Positions 1 to 10,275 of a DNA stretch of 64,000 nt are shown here, one piece after another. The translations under genes and the position numbers were made by a program. The DNA comes from Minisyncoccota bacterium (lineage in GTDB: Bacteria; Patescibacteriota; Minisyncoccia; Phycocordibacterales; XYD1-FULL-46-19). The notes under the pieces are model-generated. The model saw only the letters and a list, made by a program, of their open reading frames with translations. It did not search any database and had not been told where the DNA came from. Numbering within the stretch: position 1 is the first letter of the stretch; every line of letters starts with the position of its first letter. The DNA is taken from positions 502-64,501 of the forward strand of contig JBAZRF010000005.1 in the NCBI GenBank assembly GCA_041663165.1, in the 5' to 3' direction.

Positions 1-2502
1 TACTTTAATGTTATGGGCGGTAAAATCTCTAATCATACTTCATCAATGTCGATTATTGGCGGTACAAATTTATCTTTGCCTAGGATAAACGGTCTATCTG
101 TCTCTCAAGAGCTGGTTGGTAATTACCTGTACATGGCTTTTCAAACAATGGTCCCGACTGATGTGCTGAGGATTGTTGACGTAACAGATTTGTCCAATCC
201 GACTGTTATTGGCGGAGACAGCCTTAGTTTTCCCATCCCTTCTGGTTCGCCCGGGGATAGTGCCGCTCGGTGTATCGATGTGAGTGGCAAGTACGCTTAC
301 TTGGGCTTTGAAGATTTTACGCCCGGCGATTATAAAGATTTTCGAATTGTCGATGTTAGCGACCCCAAAAATCCATATATTGTCGGCGGGAGCAATTTGG
401 AATTTTCCGCGCCAATTAGGGGCATTAAGGTTATTGGTAAATATGCTTATTTGGCCGTTTATTCTCCGGTCGTTGGCGAAGGTTTTGCAATCCTGGATGT
501 CTCTGATCCAACCAACCCTCGGCGAATTAGTCCAGTCAGTATTTCTGGACTACAGGGCCATGTCAGAAGTGTCGATATCCAGGGTAAATATGCCTATGTT
601 GTCTCTTATATTTCGGCCGGAACTAACATCATGCGAATTCTCGATATCAGCGATCCCACTAATCCGGTTGTGGTGGGCGGCAGTGGTATCAGTCTACCCG
701 GTTATGGCCGGCAGATTAAGGTTGTCGGCAAATATGCCTATGTCATTTTCGATGCCTTTGGTACCGCCCAAGGTATTGATAACGGGCTAGCGGCCAATGA
801 GGTTTTTAGAATTGTTGACGTCTCCGACCCCACTAATCCGGAGGTCGCGGGCGGTAGTAATCTTAATTTTGCCCATATCGATGATTCAAACACTTCCGGT
901 TCTAAATCAATGTGGATTGCCGACCAGTACGCCTATGTCATGGATAGTGTTGAGAACAGTCTTAGGCTCATTGATACTTCCTCGTCAACCAACCCGACCT
1001 TTATCGATAGGCTGGTTTTTGGGATTTCGTCTTGGTCAGTCATTGCTTCCGGCCATCACGCTTTTGTCGGCTTCAATCCTGGCCCAGTTGGCTATGGCAC
1101 CGATGTTTTAAGAATCGTCGATATGGGTGGATTTGATAGCTTTGCTGGCGATATCAGCTCACTTCACGCGGGCAATCTTAGTGTTGTTAATGATGCCACA
1201 ATTTTCGGCCGGCTAAAGGTTTTTAACGGTCTAGTCGTTGACAGTTTGGGTATTTATTCTAACGGTGTCTTGACGGTAACGGCGACCACTTCGGCCTCAT
1301 ATCTTGCCGGCGGTTTGGGTATCGGTTCTTCTACCCCATCAACAATGCTTACCGTCTCGGGAACTTCTACTTTGCGCGACGTTATCCCCGAGGCCAACTT
1401 AACTTATACTCTGGGAGATATTGGCCATCAATGGAATTCGTTATGGGCCAAGGACGCTCTCTTTTCTGGTAATTCAACAACGACGGGCTTTTCGGCCCTT
1501 TCGACAACGACACTGGCCTTTGATTCTAAAATTGGCAACACGACACAAGGTTATTTATCGGTCGAGAATTATTATATGGGGACCATTCCGCCAAACACTT
1601 TTGAGCCAGGTGTGCCCGCCGTTGATACTCCGAGCTACATTCCCCTTATTAGATTTTCTAGTCCTAATTTGATTATAGACAATGGCGCTGGCGGCATTGC
1701 TGATACGCTCTTTATCACTCAAACCTCTGACGACAGTGATCCCTCCTTGGTTTTTGGCGCCAAGGATTTTATCGCTGGGGCTGAGACAACTCTAAATGGA
1801 GGAATACTTAACTATGCTACAACTACTCACACCTTCTTTTTCACTAATGTTGACCAAAATCCGATTGAATTGATTGTAAACGGTAGCACAACAATCGCCG
1901 GTCTAACTGACAATGGCGCCGTCTATTCCAATAATGGACTTCTTACCAACACCGCTCCGTCTTCAATGGAGTACAAGAATAGTATTGCTACCACCACGTT
2001 AAATATCGATGCCCTGCTCGGTTTACAAGTCAAGTCATTTAATTGGAAAAACAATGGTCATCAAGATTATGGCTTGATCGCCGAAGACATTAAAGAAGTT
2101 TTACCCGAACTTTATCATGATGACGGGGTAACTAAGGGTTATCGTCAGGATCATCTGGTCTTTTATCTCCTGCAGATTGCTCAACGTCAGGAAGCCGATC
2201 TAAAGGCACTAAAGGCGGCTCTGGGTGTGGATAGTTTAAGCATTGGTTCTGATGGCAGTCTTACTTTTAAGAAGGTAACGATCGGTGATTTAATTGTTGA
2301 CCAGGGTGTAACTATCAAGGATCGGGCAACTGGCCAATATACCTGCGTCTACGTTGAAAACGGAGTAATCAAAACAAGTATTGGCGAGTGTGCCATAGGC
2401 GCAAGCTCTAATGCGTCGGCTAAGAGCGGATCGACTGACGGTGGCGAAGAGGCCAGCTCCACCCTATCTGATAGAGAGACCGGGTACGGTACTAGCCCCT
2501 AA
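1..2502 (+). CDS. Large surface/tail-fibre-like protein: LVIVD repeats plus C-terminal peptidase S74-like chaperone domain (probably 5'-truncated by the window edge)
   Basis: Repeated 'GKYAYV...RIVDVSDPTNP' units; 'SSMEYK..SFNWK..GLIAED..EVLPEL' followed by a coiled coil; frame is open from base 1. Confidence 0.75.
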   Translation, partial: YFNVMGGKISNHTSSMSIIGGTNLSLPRINGLSVSQELVGNYLYMAFQTMVPTDVLRIVDVTDLSNPTVIGGDSLSFPIPSGSPGDSAARCIDVSGKYAYLGFEDFTPGDYKDFRIVDVSDPKNPYIVGGSNLEFSAPIRGIKVIGKYAYLAVYSPVVGEGFAILDVSDPTNPRRISPVSISGLQGHVRSVDIQGKYAYVVSYISAGTNIMRILDISDPTNPVVVGGSGISLPGYGRQIKVVGKYAYVIFDAFGTAQGIDNGLAANEVFRIVDVSDPTNPEVAGGSNLNFAHIDDSNTSGSKSMWIADQYAYVMDSVENSLRLIDTSSSTNPTFIDRLVFGISSWSVIASGHHAFVGFNPGPVGYGTDVLRIVDMGGFDSFAGDISSLHAGNLSVVNDATIFGRLKVFNGLVVDSLGIYSNGVLTVTATTSASYLAGGLGIGSSTPSTMLTVSGTSTLRDVIPEANLTYTLGDIGHQWNSLWAKDALFSGNSTTTGFSALSTTTLAFDSKIGNTTQGYLSVENYYMGTIPPNTFEPGVPAVDTPSYIPLIRFSSPNLIIDNGAGGIADTLFITQTSDDSDPSLVFGAKDFIAGAETTLNGGILNYATTTHTFFFTNVDQNPIELIVNGSTTIAGLTDNGAVYSNNGLLTNTAPSSMEYKNSIATTTLNIDALLGLQVKSFNWKNNGHQDYGLIAEDIKEVLPELYHDDGVTKGYRQDHLVFYLLQIAQRQEADLKALKAALGVDSLSIGSDGSLTFKKVTIGDLIVDQGVTIKDRATGQYTCVYVENGVIKTSIGECAIGASSNASAKSGSTDGGEEASSTLSDRETGYGTSP

Positions 2503-2518
2503 TTTTTTGATAGCTTGT

Positions 2519-2537
2519 CCTGAGCGAAGTCGAAGGG
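2519..2537. repeat. Short palindromic repeat (CCTGAGCGAAGTCGAAGGG family)
   Basis: Reverse complement CCCTTCGACTTCGCTCAGG resembles copies at 54998-55046 and 61806-61824. Confidence 0.6.
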
Positions 2538-2638
2538 TTATCAACAGCTTATCAAGGTTTTATAACAGAACCATTTGGATTAGAATGGTGAAGGTTTTGT
2601 TAGTTTTTATTATAAATTTTTAATTTTTTTGTAAAAAA

Positions 2639-4996
2639 ATGGCCAAAAAACAAAAAATTGCGCGAAAAATCATCAAAAAGGTCAAATCCGAGAAGAAAGT
2701 TTCTCTCACGGTTAAACAGATTCAAAAACGTGATGGGGTGAGAGTGCCTTATGATGAACAAAAGATCGTGAGCGCGATTGGCAAGGCGATGAAAGCGGCC
2801 GGCGAGGGGGGTTTGGCCGATGCCGAAAGGGTAGCTCGCTCGGTTCAGGCGGAGCTATTGCGCATTTGTTTGGCCAAGGGGGCTAAGACGAGCTCTGACT
2901 GTGTTCCCGCCGTCGAAGATATTCAGGATGTGGTAGAAAAACAACTTATTTTTCATCAATTTGCCACTACGGCCAAAAGCTACATTCTCTATCGCGAAAA
3001 ACGAACCGAGTTACGGCGCGAACGAGGCGAAGTCCCCACCAAGGTCCGTGAATTGGCCGCTGAAAGTAAAAAATATTTTCAAAACGATTTATCTGAATTT
3101 ATATATTATCGTTCTTACTCGCGTTGGATCGACGAGGAGAATCGTCGCGAAACCTGGGTAGAATCGGTTGACCGTTACCTCTCTTTCATGAAAGAGAACT
3201 TGGGCAATAAACTTAAGGAAACCGAATATGAGGAGTTGCGAGCAGCGATGCTCGCTCAAAGAGTGATGCCCTCGATGCGTCTAATGTGGAGTGCTGGGGC
3301 GGCGGCTCGGCGGACCAACGTTACCGGCTATAATTGCACCTATATGGCTCCAACTTCTTTTCAGGATTTGGCGGAAATTATGTATCTATCGATGTCGGGT
3401 TGTGGTGTTGGTTTTTCGGTTGAGAGTCAGACGGCTCAACAATTCCCAATCATTCAGCGGCAGAATGGTAAAATAAGAAAAACTCACGTTGTTGATGATA
3501 GTCGCGAAGGTTGGTGTGATGCCTTGGTTATTGGTTTGAAGACGTGGTTTGGCGGCGAGGACATTGAATTTGATTATTCACAATTACGACCAGCTGGCGC
3601 ACGCCTTAAAACAATGGGTGGGCGATCTTCGGGACCCGAACCCCTTATTGCTTTGATGCAATTTACCCGTAGCAAGATTCTCAGCCGTCAAAGCAAGCGT
3701 TTACGCAATATCGATTTACACGATATTATTTGCAAAATCGGAGAAGTCGTTGTCTCTGGTGGTGTGCGCCGAACGGCGATGATTTCATTGTCTGATCTCG
3801 ACGATTATGAAATTCAGCATGCCAAGGATGGTCAGTTTTATATGACCGAACCACAACGCGGTTTGGCTAATAATTCGGCCGTTTTTAACGAAAAACCATC
3901 TTCGGCCGAATTTTTGTCAGAATGGATTTCGCTGATGAAAAGCGGTTCGGGCGAGCGAGGAATTTTTAACCGCGGTTCGTTGCAAAAACAATTGCCGAAG
4001 CGCCGTTGGGAAAAATTTGAAAAAGACGCCCCGACTTGTGGCATGAATCCATGCGGCGAAATTGTACTCAAGTCCAAACAATTTTGTAATTTAACTGAAG
4101 TGGTGGCGCGGGCCGGCGATACCGAACAAGACTTGCTCGATAAAGCCCGTCTGGCAGCAATTTTAGGCACTTATCAAGCTAGCCTAACCCATTTCCCTTA
4201 TCTCTCGGAAGAGTGCAAAGAAAATTGTGAAGAGGAGGCTCTGCTGGGCGTTTCGATTACTGGCCAATGGGACTGTAAAACTGTGCGCAATCCGGAAATT
4301 ATGCGCAAAATGAAAGACGAGGCTGTCCGGGTTAACAAAGAATATGCTAAGCGCTTTGGCGTTAATCGAGCAACCGCCGTGACCTGTGTTAAACCTTCTG
4401 GCACTGTCTCTCAGCTCGTTGATTCGTCCTCGGGTATGCACCCGCGACATTCTCGTTATTATGTCCGGCGTATTCGCATTTCAGCCACGGACGCGCTTTT
4501 CAAGATGATGAAAGATCAGGGCTGTACCTATTATCCAGAAGTTGGCCAGACCATGGATAGTGCTAACACCTTTGTTCTTGAATTTCCAGTTAAAGCGCCT
4601 GAAAATTCTATCTATAAGGATGATCAAACCGCGATTGAACAATTAGAGTATTGGAAGATGGTTAAAGAGAATTATACTGAACATAATCCATCGGTGACAA
4701 TCTCAATCGGCGAAGATGAATGGGTCGCGGTGGCTGATTGGCTCTATAAAAATTGGGATATTATCGGCGGCCTTTCCTTCCTGCCGCGCTCGAATCATGT
4801 TTATAAATTAGCGCCTTATGAAGAGGTTGCTAAGGAGCGTTATGATGAGATGGTTAAGAATTTCCCAGAACTCGATTTTTCGAAGATCGTACTCTATGAA
4901 CAAGACGATCAAACTCAGGGTTCGAAAGAATTGGCCTGTTCATCGGGTGTCTGTGAAATCGATATGGCACCGACAAGCGAAAAAGAGAAGAAATAG
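2639..4996 (+). CDS. nrdJ: Class II (adenosylcobalamin-dependent) ribonucleotide reductase with N-terminal ATP cone
   Basis: ATP cone 'IQKRDG..YDEQKI..VEDIQDVVE'; 'GYNC', 'NPCGE', 'VKPSGTVS', C-terminal 'ACSSGVCE'. Confidence 0.9.
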   Translation: MAKKQKIARKIIKKVKSEKKVSLTVKQIQKRDGVRVPYDEQKIVSAIGKAMKAAGEGGLADAERVARSVQAELLRICLAKGAKTSSDCVPAVEDIQDVVEKQLIFHQFATTAKSYILYREKRTELRRERGEVPTKVRELAAESKKYFQNDLSEFIYYRSYSRWIDEENRRETWVESVDRYLSFMKENLGNKLKETEYEELRAAMLAQRVMPSMRLMWSAGAAARRTNVTGYNCTYMAPTSFQDLAEIMYLSMSGCGVGFSVESQTAQQFPIIQRQNGKIRKTHVVDDSREGWCDALVIGLKTWFGGEDIEFDYSQLRPAGARLKTMGGRSSGPEPLIALMQFTRSKILSRQSKRLRNIDLHDIICKIGEVVVSGGVRRTAMISLSDLDDYEIQHAKDGQFYMTEPQRGLANNSAVFNEKPSSAEFLSEWISLMKSGSGERGIFNRGSLQKQLPKRRWEKFEKDAPTCGMNPCGEIVLKSKQFCNLTEVVARAGDTEQDLLDKARLAAILGTYQASLTHFPYLSEECKENCEEEALLGVSITGQWDCKTVRNPEIMRKMKDEAVRVNKEYAKRFGVNRATAVTCVKPSGTVSQLVDSSSGMHPRHSRYYVRRIRISATDALFKMMKDQGCTYYPEVGQTMDSANTFVLEFPVKAPENSIYKDDQTAIEQLEYWKMVKENYTEHNPSVTISIGEDEWVAVADWLYKNWDIIGGLSFLPRSNHVYKLAPYEEVAKERYDEMVKNFPELDFSKIVLYEQDDQTQGSKELACSSGVCEIDMAPTSEKEKK

Positions 4997-5051
4997 CTTT
5001 TTCGCCAGTTCCCTCTTTGCTTTACTTATAAATCCATGTTATAATGACCAG

Positions 5052-5352
5052 AGCTGGCCAGTAGGCAATTGCTCTGTATCGCAAGATATGGGGAGGAAAG
5101 TCCGAACACTCCTCTGTTTCGGCAGAGAGCATGGTAGCGGGTAACGCCCGCCTGGCGCAAGCCACGAGGTGCGAACAGAAACGACCCGGTTTAGTCCGGC
5201 TGAAACGTGCTAAATCCTTACCTGGGTGCAAGGCCGTGCCCCGAGAGAAATCGAGGGGAGTGCCGCTTGAGGCTAACAGTAATGTTGGTCCCAGATAAAT
5301 GATTGCCCTCCGCCAGTTGGCGGAACAGAATTCGGCTTATCGCTGGCCAGCT
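5052..5352 (+). ncRNA. rnpB: RNase P RNA
   Basis: Conserved GAGGAAAGTCC and AACAGAATTCGGCTTA; terminal helix AGCTGGCCAG/CTGGCCAGCT. Confidence 0.95.
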
Positions 5353-5385
5353 AACAAAAAACCCGAGTAGATCTCGGTTTTTTTG

Positions 5386-5598
5386 TTAATCCGACAATTT
5401 GGCCCGTTTGGTTTGGGATGGCTTAGCTTTGGCTGTTTTGAGAAATTCTTGAATATGGGAGATCGAATAAAGGCGATAGCCATTTTGGGAATCGCGTTTT
5501 GAGCGTAGTTTGCCCTGTTTGTCCCAATTGCGCAGTGTCTCAATTGACACTCCGACGATTTCGGCCGCTGATTTAATTGTGACAAAACCTTTTTGCAT
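5386..5598 (-). CDS. Small MerR-family HTH DNA-binding protein (70 aa)
   Basis: 'TIKSAAEIVGVSIETLRNWDKQGKL..R...NGYRLY'; start reassigned to ATG at 5598. Confidence 0.85.
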   Translation of the reverse strand: MQKGFVTIKSAAEIVGVSIETLRNWDKQGKLRSKRDSQNGYRLYSISHIQEFLKTAKAKPSQTKRAKLSD

Positions 5599-5609
5599 AT
5601 TCAAAATAT

Positions 5610-5633
5610 TGCTAGTATTATATAATACTAGCA
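5610..5633. promoter_or_regulatory. Perfect 24-bp palindrome carrying TATAAT on both strands, between divergent genes
   Basis: TGCTAGTATTATATAATACTAGCA. Confidence 0.6.
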
Positions 5634-5662
5634 TTAATAGCAAAAATGAAAACATAAATCTT

Positions 5663-8077
5663 ATGGAGGGAGAAACCCGCGTTAAATCTTTCTGGTCTTT
5701 CGACCGCTTAGCCCTGTTTGTTTTAACGGCTGGTTTTCTTATTTTACCGATTTTTACTCTACCCCTCTGGGCGACATCGCTTGAGATTAGTAAACACTTA
5801 CTTTTAGTTTTGACAGTTTTTGTTGCTTTCACCTTTTGGCTACTTGGGCGCTTACAGGCCGGTAAATTAGTTTTACCCAAAAATTTAATTGTCGCTGGGG
5901 CCTTTATCGTCTCATTAATTACCCTTTTATCAGCGGCCAGCTCTGGTTCTTTTTGGAATTCTTTTTCTGGCCTGGGTTATGAACTCGATACCTTTCTTAC
6001 TATCTTTAGTTTGTCCCTGCTCCTTTTTCTTTTTGGCATTTATTTTCAATCTCGCAAACGTTTTCTGACAGCTTATATCGGTGTTTTTGTTGTGGCGATC
6101 ATTTTCTTTGTCTTGGAGCTTTTGGCCGTAATTGTTTTACGCACCAGCGCCCTTAGCCTACTTAAGCCCTTCTTTCTTCTGCCTTTCAATAACTTGCTCA
6201 CTAGCCTTATTGGCAAATGGTACGATTTTGGCGTTTATTCTGGTTTTATCCTACTGTCTTCTCTTATTATGCTAGAATTCTTTTCCCTAAAGAGAATGCC
6301 GATTTTCAAAGGTTTCATTGCCACTTGTTTCATTTTGTCCTTAATTTGTTTGGTCCTCGTAAATTATTTACCAATCTGGATTGTTTTGGGGATTGCGGCG
6401 CTAATTCTCTTTGTCTACAAAATTTCTTTTTGGGAGGCCAACTCCGATAAAGAGGAGGGAGAAAAAAAACAAGTTAGTAAAGTCTTCCATCCGTCATTCG
6501 TCGTTATTTTAATTGCTTTACTCTTCATAACTCTTGGCGGCTCTGATAAATTAGGGCAAAACATTAGTCGCTGGCGAGATGGTTGGGGGGTCTCAGTTTT
6601 TGAAGTTAAACCATCGTGGCAAGGGACATGGAATGTTGTTGAGAAATCTCTAGTTGGCAAAACCTTATTGGGAGCTGGTCCCAATCGCTTTGTTAATGAA
6701 TGGATAAAGTTTAAGCCCGCCGCGGTTAACAATACTCTTTTTTGGAATATTGATTTTCGTTATGGGGTGGGGCTCTTACCCTCCTTGCTTGTTACCACCG
6801 GACTTCTGGGACTTCTGGCTTGGCTCTTTTTCTTTGGGGCTATTCTCTGGTATGGTTTGCGTTTTATTTTTACCACGAAGCAAGACCGGAGTACTCGAGC
6901 TTTACTTCTGCTCTCCTTCTTGGGGTCGGTTTATCTTTGGTTATTTACCATTATCTATGTTCCTGACACCGCTCTTTTAGCGTTAGCCTTTATGGTTACT
7001 GGTTTGTTTGTGGCGATTTTAACCGATACCCAAATTATTAAATATGGCGAAATTTCTCTAATTGAGAATCCTCGACACTCTTTTGTGGCGACGCTTGTTT
7101 TTGTTGTTCTGATCATCGGAACCATTGCCGTTGGCTATCTTTCTTTGCAAAAATATGTTTCAGTTTATCTTTTTCAGCGAGGATTGACGGTTTTAAATCA
7201 ACCGGGTGATCTTGATAAGGGTCGGATGCTAATTAGTCAGGCGGCGAGCTTAAGCGACCAAGATACTTATTACCGAACTTTATCCGAAATTGATTTGGTT
7301 CAGATTAATCGCTTGCTCGCTGATTCGAAATTAACAAAAGAAGAGTTGCGCGTTCGTTTCTTAGCTCAAACCGACTCAGCTATCAAAAATGCAATCAAGG
7401 CCACAACGCTTGATTCACAAAATTATCTAAACTGGTTAGCTCTCGGCCGCGTCTATGAAGCCCTTGTGCCTTTAGGAGTCGATAAGGCTTACGAACAGGG
7501 ACAATTAGCCTTTAATCGTGCTAAGCAATTAAAACCAACTGATCCTTCAATTCTCTTAGACTATTTCGCTCGTTTAGAGATCAGTAATAAAAATCTGGCC
7601 AAGGCCCGTGATTATGTCAAAGATTCTTTAGCGGTAAAAAATGATTATGCCCCAGCCATTTCTCTGCTGTCTCAACTTGACGCTCAAGAAGGCAATCTTG
7701 ACGTCGCCGCCCGTCGCCTCGAAGAATTTTTGGGGATCTATCCTCAGTACAACGATGCTAACCTCTATTTTCAGCTCGGTTGGCTTAAATATCAGCGTGA
7801 AAATTATCGAGGAGCAATCTCGGCCCTAGAGCAAGCGGTGACGATTGTCCCAAATTTCTCTAATGCCAAATATTTCTTAGGATTAAGCTATGATCGGATA
7901 GGGGACAAAGCTCTAGCTCTAAAACAATTTCAGGAAATAGCCAAACTTAATCCAGGAAATAAAGAAGTAGAGCAAATAATAAGTAATTTATTGTCCGGTC
8001 AGGGATCCCTTGCTCCCGTCTCGGCGGTTACGTCTACCTCCACTAAAATGGCCACGACAACTCCTCGAGTTAAATAG
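5663..8077 (+). CDS. Polytopic membrane protein (O-antigen-ligase-like) with C-terminal TPR repeats
   Basis: Many hydrophobic segments, 'LLGAGPNRF', TPR 'NAKYFLGLSYDRIG..ALKQF'; start reassigned to MEGETR. Confidence 0.7.
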   Translation: MEGETRVKSFWSFDRLALFVLTAGFLILPIFTLPLWATSLEISKHLLLVLTVFVAFTFWLLGRLQAGKLVLPKNLIVAGAFIVSLITLLSAASSGSFWNSFSGLGYELDTFLTIFSLSLLLFLFGIYFQSRKRFLTAYIGVFVVAIIFFVLELLAVIVLRTSALSLLKPFFLLPFNNLLTSLIGKWYDFGVYSGFILLSSLIMLEFFSLKRMPIFKGFIATCFILSLICLVLVNYLPIWIVLGIAALILFVYKISFWEANSDKEEGEKKQVSKVFHPSFVVILIALLFITLGGSDKLGQNISRWRDGWGVSVFEVKPSWQGTWNVVEKSLVGKTLLGAGPNRFVNEWIKFKPAAVNNTLFWNIDFRYGVGLLPSLLVTTGLLGLLAWLFFFGAILWYGLRFIFTTKQDRSTRALLLLSFLGSVYLWLFTIIYVPDTALLALAFMVTGLFVAILTDTQIIKYGEISLIENPRHSFVATLVFVVLIIGTIAVGYLSLQKYVSVYLFQRGLTVLNQPGDLDKGRMLISQAASLSDQDTYYRTLSEIDLVQINRLLADSKLTKEELRVRFLAQTDSAIKNAIKATTLDSQNYLNWLALGRVYEALVPLGVDKAYEQGQLAFNRAKQLKPTDPSILLDYFARLEISNKNLAKARDYVKDSLAVKNDYAPAISLLSQLDAQEGNLDVAARRLEEFLGIYPQYNDANLYFQLGWLKYQRENYRGAISALEQAVTIVPNFSNAKYFLGLSYDRIGDKALALKQFQEIAKLNPGNKEVEQIISNLLSGQGSLAPVSAVTSTSTKMATTTPRVK

Positions 8078-8082
8078 CCAGA

Positions 8083-9771
8083 ATGGTTAGGCGTCTGTTA
8101 AAAATATTTAATAGAGAGTTTGGCGGTCTCCACGAGGCCGCCCTGCTTTTAGCGTTGTCAATGTTTATGTCGCAACTCTTGGCTCTCGCTAGGGATCGGT
8201 TGCTGGCCGGAACTTTTGGCGCTAGTACTACTCTGGATATTTATTATAGCGCCTTTCGCTTGCCGGACTTGCTCTATGCTACCTTAGCCTCTTTTGTCTC
8301 GGTCGCCGTACTCATCCCATTTTTAGTTGAGCGACTAGAGAATGGCGAAGAACAAACGGCTCGCAATTTTCTCTCAGCGGTCTTCAGCCTTTTTATGTTA
8401 GTAATGATTTCTGTCGGCGCCGTAGCTTGGATTTTCATGCCAGAACTTGCCCCATGGCTGGCGCCCGGTTTTGATTCTGGCGCTCAAACTCAAATGATTG
8501 AGATGGCTCGAATTCTTCTACTTTCTCCAATTCTACTCGGATTGTCTAATCTTTTAGGGAGTGTGACCCAAGTCTATCGAAAATTCTTTGTTTATTCTCT
8601 TAGTCCCATTTTCTATAATGTTGGCATCATTGTGGGAATTGTTTTCTTTGTTCCTATTCTGGGGCCACGGGGATTAGTTTGGGGTGTAATCCTGGGAGCT
8701 CTGCTTCATTTGTTTGTTCAGTTGCCGACTCTTTGGTCGATTGGCTTTTGGCCCCGCTGGTCGCCCAAACAATTGATTTCAAATATCCGACCTATTGGCC
8801 GGATGATTATGACCTCTTGGCCGAGGACATTGACTCTCTCAACAAGCCAGTTGGTCATTTTAATTTTTATCGCCCTAGCCTCTTATTTAGGGCGAGGGTC
8901 GATTGCTATTTTTAATTTTGCCTACAATCTCCAATCTGTTCCACTCTCAATCGTTGGTATTAGTTATTCAGTGGCGGCCTTTCCGACTTTATCAAAATAT
9001 TTTGCCCGTGGCCATCTTGATAAATTTATCGGGCAAATTACCTCTGCGACACGGCATATTATTTTTTGGTCCATGCCGGCGACGGTGATGTTTATTGTTT
9101 TAAGGGCCCAAATTATTCGGGTGGTTTTAGGGACGGGACGTTTTGATTGGACCGCGACCAGATTAACGGCCGCTTGTCTGGCCCTATTTGCCATCTCAGT
9201 TCTTGCTCAAAGTCTGATCCTTCTTTTAATTCGCGGTTATTATGCCAGTGGCCAAACGGCCAAACCGCTCTTCATGAATATTTTTTCCTCGATCTTAATG
9301 GTCGGCGGAGTTTTTGCTTTTAGCGCTTGGTGGCAGGCTGGTTCGCCGTTTCGGTTATTTTGGGAAAATATCTTGCGGGTCGGGGATTTACCCAATACCT
9401 CTGTTTTGATTTTACCCCTAGCCTATTCGCTCGGGACGGTTATTAATTGTCTTTTATTGGCAATTTTCTTTGCTTGGGAACATAAGTTTTCGGTTTGGCC
9501 AGTTTTAAAAACTTTTAACCAGGCCCTTTGGTCGGCGGCGGCGGGTGGCGTCGTTGCCTATTATCTTCTTAATGTTTTAAGTTTTTATTTACCTCTGCGC
9601 ACCCTAACGGGTATATTTTTACAGGGCCTGTCGGCTGGTGTTGGCGGCCTGGTCGTTAACCTACTTCTCCTTTGGCTTTTAGGCAGTCAAGAACTAAAAG
9701 AATTAGTCAGAGCAATACGACACAAATTCTGGCAAAGCGAAACTTTAGTTCCCGAGCAATCGGAGCTATAA
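8083..9771 (+). CDS. murJ: Lipid II flippase MurJ/MviN
   Basis: 'RDRLLAGTFGA..YYSAFRLPD', 'AAFPTLS', 'RGYYA'. Confidence 0.9.
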   Translation: MVRRLLKIFNREFGGLHEAALLLALSMFMSQLLALARDRLLAGTFGASTTLDIYYSAFRLPDLLYATLASFVSVAVLIPFLVERLENGEEQTARNFLSAVFSLFMLVMISVGAVAWIFMPELAPWLAPGFDSGAQTQMIEMARILLLSPILLGLSNLLGSVTQVYRKFFVYSLSPIFYNVGIIVGIVFFVPILGPRGLVWGVILGALLHLFVQLPTLWSIGFWPRWSPKQLISNIRPIGRMIMTSWPRTLTLSTSQLVILIFIALASYLGRGSIAIFNFAYNLQSVPLSIVGISYSVAAFPTLSKYFARGHLDKFIGQITSATRHIIFWSMPATVMFIVLRAQIIRVVLGTGRFDWTATRLTAACLALFAISVLAQSLILLLIRGYYASGQTAKPLFMNIFSSILMVGGVFAFSAWWQAGSPFRLFWENILRVGDLPNTSVLILPLAYSLGTVINCLLLAIFFAWEHKFSVWPVLKTFNQALWSAAAGGVVAYYLLNVLSFYLPLRTLTGIFLQGLSAGVGGLVVNLLLLWLLGSQELKELVRAIRHKFWQSETLVPEQSEL

Positions 9772-9806
9772 TCGGGGGATTAGATTAATAGGTTAATTTT
9801 AACAAT

Positions 9807-9974
9807 ATGGAGAAGGGAGATCCGGGTAAACCTAAAGAGGAGGAAGGTCAAGATAAAGAAAAAGACCTTACTCTTAGAAAGTTAGATAAATATGTCAGAG
9901 GCACAGGGAGTTTTATAGAAGCCATAACTAAAGCCCTTCACTTAACTTCCCCAAAAGATGACGCAAACGATTGA
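9807..9974 (+). CDS. Possible small hypothetical protein (55 aa, MEKGDPGKPKEEEG...)
   Basis: Open frame filling the gap; overlaps the next start; below the ORF-track cutoff. Confidence 0.3.
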   Translation: MEKGDPGKPKEEEGQDKEKDLTLRKLDKYVRGTGSFIEAITKALHLTSPKDDAND

Positions 9975-10263
9975 TGAAAATTTAAAAGCTGAAATCATTG
10001 AAGATTTAGGTCTCAATGATTTGACCTCCTTTGAACAAGAGGCGATTATTAGCGACCTAGAAGAAAAGGTTATTGAACAAGTAAACTCGATTATTCTTGA
10101 TCGTTTAACAAAAGAAGAGAAGGCTGAACTAGAGACTTTGGCCGAAGACGAGGAAGTGGCCAGCTTTTTGCAAAAAACCATTCCTGATCTCGATCACGTT
10201 AAACAAGAGGCCGCCCTCTGGGTGATTAAAAATTGGCGCGAAGAATTCAAACGAGAGAATTAA
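9958..10263 (+). CDS. Acidic CPR-typical protein (DUF5663-like)
   Basis: 'IIEDLGL..LT..EQEAII', 'FLQKTIPDLD'. Confidence 0.6.
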   Translation: MTQTIDENLKAEIIEDLGLNDLTSFEQEAIISDLEEKVIEQVNSIILDRLTKEEKAELETLAEDEEVASFLQKTIPDLDHVKQEAALWVIKNWREEFKREN

Positions 10264-10275
10264 CCTTTGTTTTTA

